Positions 63,093 through 64,000 of a stretch of DNA of 64,000 nucleotides are shown in pieces. The DNA is from Vicugna vicugna. Lineage: Eukaryota. The position numbers and the translations under genes were made by a program. Position 1 is the first letter of the stretch. Each line of letters begins with the position of its first letter. The notes under the pieces were generated by a model. That model was not told the origin of the DNA. It worked only from the letters and a program-made list of their open reading frames with translations, and searched no databases. The stretch spans positions 372,001 to 436,000 of the forward strand of contig MU058718.1 of assembly GCA_013265495.1 (NCBI GenBank), read 5' to 3'.

Positions 63093-64000
63093 CAAGGGCC
63101 TAATTTCTACTTAGTATTTTCCTACAAGAAGGTCATAAGTTAAAGCCTTGATTAAAAGGCTGTACTATAAATAAACTGATGGCTATTAGTAAGCATTGAA
63201 CAAGGTACTATGTTTTTTAAATGACTTTATAAAAATTAGAAAATATGCCCATAGTACTTAGAGTGTGCAATTAATGGTTTACCAGTGCTTTCTTAGAAAT
63301 AATTTGAAGTACAGACATTAAAAGAGTATTCTACATATATAAATCACTCTGTGATGAATGAATGCTTTTTAATTCATAAATTGCATTAGTACCCATCTTG
63401 ATGGGCATCTTTGAGTGCCTTACATATTCTAGTCAGAAAAGGTTTAGACAAAGCCCTGGCTCACTGAGCTATTGCCATATAAGGCGACTTTGATTTACAG
63501 AGCAGATATACATTATAATCTTTTTATAATGATAGTGAATTTTCTGCTTCCTTCTCACCAATAACTCATAATAAACTTTTACTTGTTTTGAACATTTCAC
63601 TGTCTTTTTCTCTTACAGACACTTTCTACCAATAGTACCAAATATTTCTGAACTGATGAATGGAAGTGAATATGCTTTATCAGCATTTTATCTTAGAATG
63701 ATCTGTTTTATAACATGGATCCCATGACAAGTGTTTATGGCACAGTTTCTTTGTTTTGAAAGTAGGCAGTTTGCTAAAGAAAATCTGAAAAGAGCTTATT
63801 TCACTTTCAGTGGCTGCTATTTAATAAAGTTGATATAAGGAGGGATAGAAATTCTTGAAATGTGTGGAGGGGTAGCTTTTATACATAATTAGGCCTAAAG
63901 TGCTTTTATTAAAAAGAGGAATTTGTTGTATATTATTAAGCCAGATACTGGAATAATATTATTAAAAGTTACTAACTTTTGGAAAATGTATAATGTAGCA

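Overview
Mammalian genomic DNA, most likely camelid (the young tRNA-derived SINEs resemble camelid Vic-type SINEs; inference). The window holds the head-to-head gene pair SOCS4 (minus strand; single-exon 439-aa CDS at 4964-6283, two inferred upstream 5'UTR exons, long 3'UTR) and WDHD1/AND-1/CTF4 (plus strand). WDHD1 has a non-coding exon 1 and 15 coding exons traced from ATG 18740 to 55261 (687 codons); the gene continues past the window end. The two genes share a CpG-island bidirectional promoter at about 18.0-18.65 kb. Introns are dense with L1, L2, MIR, LTR, hAT DNA transposon and SINE relics. The best candidate for something undescribed is not in the ORF track because it is spliced. The three SOCS4 leader exons join into one uninterrupted 80-codon upstream ORF with a strong Kozak context. 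It stays in frame (40 aa) if the 120-nt middle exon is skipped, and a chain of overlapping short uORFs precedes it. Other notable items: a tailless 5'-half tRNA-Phe retrocopy with TSD, an apparent L1 3' transduction, a twin-primed L1, a near full-length Blackjack-like hAT fossil, a recursive-type AG|GTAAGT site at the WDHD1 start exon, a GC-AG intron and a GAG acceptor. Repeat family names are from recall and need RepeatMasker/Dfam confirmation.
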